A stretch of 63,631 nucleotides of DNA, filler included, from Chiloscyllium plagiosum (lineage: Eukaryota), in the NCBI RefSeq assembly GCF_004010195.1. It is 4 parts of one record of this genome, joined end to end, with 100 filler letters (N's around TTAATTAATTAA, not from the genome) between each part and the next. Parts side by side here need not be neighbours in the genome. Positions count along the whole stretch, not along the records: positions 60,430 to 63,631 come from NC_057715.1; 3 more parts are not named here. One strand, written 5' to 3'. This document shows positions 60,430-63,631 of the stretch, piece after piece (positions within the stretch are counted from its first letter, which is position 1; each line of letters starts with the position of its first letter). The position numbers were made by a program, and so were the translations under genes. The notes under the pieces were generated by a model, which did no database searches, had not been told where the DNA came from, and worked only from the letters and a program-made list of their open reading frames with translations.

Positions 60430-62998
60430 CAGTTTCATTAACCCGGGGAACTGAGGCCAGTTTCACTAACCTGGGGGAGTGAGGCCAGTTTCATTAACCC
60501 GGGGAACTGAGGCCAGTTTCACTAACCTGGGGGAGTGAGGCCAGTTTCATTAACCCGGGGAACTGAGGCCAGTTTCACTAACCTGGGGGAGTGAGGCCAG
60601 TTTCATTAACCCGGGGAACTGAGGCCAGTTTCACTAACCTGGGGGAGTGAGGCCAGTTTCATTAACCCGGGGAACTGAGGCCAGTTTCACTAACCTGGGG
60701 GAGTGAGGCCAGTTTCATTAACCCGGGGAACTGAGGCCAGTTTCACTAACCTGGGGGAGTGAGGCCAGTTTCATTAACCCGGGGAACTGAGGCCAGTTTC
60801 ACTAACCCGGGGGAACTGAGGGCAGTTTCATTAACCCAGGGTGAACTGAGGGCAGTTTCACTAACTTCGTGAACTGAGGCCAGTTTTACTAACCCAGGGA
60901 ACTGAGGCCAGTTTCACTAACCCGGGGAAATGAGGCCAGCCTGACTCAGCCGGGGAACTGAGGGCAGTTTCACTAACCCGGGGGAACTGAGGCCAGTTTC
61001 ACTAACCCGGCGAAATGACGCCAGTTTCACTAACCCGGGGAATTGAGACCAGTTTCATTAACCCAGGGAACTGCGGCCAGTTTCACTAAACCGAGGGAAT
61101 TGAGGTTAGTTTCACTAACCCAGGGAACTGAGGCCAGTTTCACTAACCCGGGGGAACTGAGGGCAGTTTCACTAACCCGGGGGAATTGACGCCAGTTTCA
61201 CTAACCCAGTGAACTGAGGTCAGTTTCACTAACCCGGGGGATCTGAGGGCTGTTTCACTAATCCGGGGAACTGAGACCGGCTTCACTAACTCGGGGGAAC
61301 TGAGGCCATTTTCACTAACCCAGTGAACTGAGGTCAGTTTCACTAACCCAGGAAACTGAGGGCTGTTTCACTAACCAGGGGACCTGTGACTAGTTTCACT
61401 AACCTAGGGAACTGAGGGCAGTTTCACTAACCAAGGGGGAACTGAGGGCAGTTTCACTAACTTGGTGAACTGAGGCCAGTTTTACTAACCCAGGGAACTG
61501 AGGCCAGTTTCACTAACCCAGGGAACTGAGACCAGTTTCACTAACCCGGGGGAACTGAGCGTAGTTTCACTAACCCAGGGAACTGAGCCCAGTTTCACTA
61601 ACCCGGGGAACTGAGGCCAGTTTCACTAACCCGGGGAACTGAGACCAGTTTCACTAACCCAGAAAACTGAGGGCAATTTCACTAACCCAGGGGAATTGAG
61701 TGCAGTTTCACTAACCCAGTAAAACTGAGGGCAGTTTCACTAACCCAGGGGGAACTGAGGGCAATTTCACTAACCCTGGGGAACTGAGGACAATTTCTCT
61801 AAAACAGGGGAACTGAGGCCAGTTTCACGAACCCAGGGAACTGAGGGCAGTTTCACTAACCCTGGGGAACTGAGGACAATTTCACTAAAACAGGGGAACT
61901 GAGGCCAGTTTCACGAACCCAGGGAACTGAGGGCAGTTTCACTAACCCTGGGGAACTGAGGGCAGTTTCACTAACCCAGAGGAACTGAGGGCGGTTTCAC
62001 TAACCTGGGGAACTGAGACCGGTTTCACTAACCCGGGGAACTGCGGGCAGTTTCACTACCCCAGGGAACTGAGACCAGTTTCACTAACCCAGGGGAACTG
62101 AGGGCAGTTTCAATAACCCGTGGGAACTGAGGTCAGTTTCACTCACCCGGGGAACTGAGACCGGCTTCACTAACCCAGGGAATGAGGCCAGTTTCACTAA
62201 CCCGGGGGAAATGAGGGCAGTTTCACTAACCCAGGGAACTGAGGCCAGTTTTACTAACCCTGGGAACTGAGGCCAGTTTCACTAACCCGGGGAAATGAGG
62301 CCAGTCTGACTCACCCGTGGAACTGAGGGTAGTTTCACTAACCCGGGGGAACTGAGGCCTGTTTCCCTAATCCGGGAGACCTGTGACCAGTTTCACTAAC
62401 CCAGGGAACTGAGACCTGTTTTACTAACCCGGAGGAACTAAGAGCAGTTTCAGTAACCAGGGGAACTGAGGGCAATTTCACCAAAACAGGGGAACTGAGG
62501 CCAGTTTCACTAACCCAGGGAACTGAGTCCAGTTTCACTAACCCGGTGAACTCATGGCAATTTCACAAACCCAGGGCACTGAGGCCAGTTTCACTAAACA
62601 GAGGGAATTGAGTTAGTTTCGCTAAACCAGGGAACTGAGGGCAGTTTCACTAACCCAGGGAACTGAGACCAGTTTCACTAAACCAGGGAACTGAGGCCAG
62701 TTTCACTAACCCGGGGGAACTGAGGGCAGTTTCACTAACCCCGGGGAACTGAGGCCAGTTTCACTAACCTGGAGGAACTGAGGGCAGTTTCACTAACCCG
62801 GGTGAACTGAGACCAGTTTCACTAACCCGGGGAACTGAGGGCAGTTTCACTAACCCGGGTGAACTGAGACCAGTTTCACTAACCCGGGGGAACTGAGGGC
62901 AGTTTCACTAACCAGGGGAACTGAGGGCAGTTTCACTAACCTGGGTGAACTGAGGCCAGTTTCACTAACCCGGAGAAGTGAGGGCAGTTCCACTAACC
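60430..62998. repeat. tandem satellite/minisatellite, 28-30 bp unit (consensus about CAGTTTCACTAACCCGGGGAACTGAGGC), roughly 90 units
   Basis: Continuous head-to-tail repeats. 60430-60793 is 6.5 exact copies of a 56-bp two-monomer unit. Confidence 0.95.
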
Positions 62999-62999
62999 A

Positions 63000-63495
63000 T
63001 ACTTCAGCCATTTGTCTAGCTTTGTATTGTAAAATTAAATCCAGGACCACACCCACTCCAGTGGAGACTTGTGTGTATTTGCTTAAAATGCTCCCCAGAT
63101 GCATTTCAAGAAATCTGCTTCCTTTAAAGGTTTCAAACTATGACTACCCCAGTTAATGCTGAGCAAGTTGAAATTCTCTACTTTACACTTCTCTGAAATG
63201 TGCTTATATATCTGCTCTTCTATTTCTCTCGGCGTATTAATGGGTCTGTAGTACTTTCCCAGCATTATGATTGTCTCTTTTCAGGTTTGAAGTTCTCCCC
63301 GTATTGCTTCACTTGAGGAGCCAATGAAAAAACCATCCTCCTTCCTGTGGTATTGATTCCCTGATCAATACACTGTGAACCCTTTGTCTTCTATCTCTTC
63401 CCTATCTCACTTGAAGACTTTATATCCTGGAATATTGAGCTATCAGTCCTGCCCCTCCCTCAACCTTGTGTCAGCGACTGCACTGACATCATACT
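63000..63495 (-). mobile_element. old CR1 endonuclease fragment
   Basis: YYRPIN..REIEEQIYK.I...NFNL.SINW and LDLIL..KARQM. Confidence 0.7.
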
Positions 63496-63496
63496 T

Positions 63497-63590
63497 AGAA
63501 CATAGAACAATGCAGCACAGAACAGGCCCTTCGGCCCACGATGTTGTGCCAACCATTTGTCCTAGCTTAAGCACCCATCCATGTACCTAA
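63497..63590 (-). mobile_element. short CR1/SINE 3' tail
   Basis: AGAACATAGAACA..ACAGGCCCTTCGGCCC, the same tail type as other CR1 and SINE ends. Confidence 0.6.
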
Positions 63591-63631
63591 AGGTCACCAA
63601 AGATTCTGACTCTGCCACTCCCACAGGCAGC

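Noticed and set aside
60430..62998. CRISPR-like array (28-30 bp partly palindromic repeats)
   Set aside because: Repeats are head-to-tail with no unique spacers, there are no cas genes, and the context is vertebrate. It is a satellite.
60430..62998. Satellite as a tandem hammerhead array
   Set aside because: CTGAG lies on the plus strand and GAAAC on the minus strand, and there is no consistent CUGANGA-stem II-GAAA on one strand.
61143..63104. Repetitive LVKLPSVPPG-type ORFs
   Set aside because: By-products of the satellite. Unit lengths of 28-30 nt do not preserve frame.

Overview
Repeat-dense vertebrate genomic DNA, almost certainly from a cartilaginous fish. This is inferred from HE1/V-SINE-type tRNA-derived SINEs and abundant CR1 LINEs. 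The window is not one continuous contig: three identical 100-bp artificial spacers (N44-TTAATTAATTAA-N44) split it into four segments (1-24857, 24958-52668, 52769-60329, 60430-63631), and there are three further plain N gaps. No intact protein-coding gene is recognisable; only three unassigned minus-strand candidate exons were seen. Most of the sequence is decayed or nested mobile DNA: CR1, Tx1/L1 and Rex1/Babar LINEs, a Gypsy LTR element carrying a younger solo LTR, Penelope-like elements (PLEs), a PIF/Harbinger transposase fossil, SINEs, and a 28-30 bp satellite with a 56-bp higher-order block. The most interesting signal is a dispersed system of short PLE-derived elements in three sequence families. 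All carry a minimal hammerhead-ribozyme core: CUGAnGA, one extra nucleotide, a family-specific stem II, then GAAAC-GUC/GUU with a palindromic ACGU stem III. Many copies are flanked by 12-16 bp target-site duplications (TSDs), several are fold-back palindromes, and one is only 96 bp long. Boundaries of decayed repeats are approximate and were read by eye. No database searches were run.
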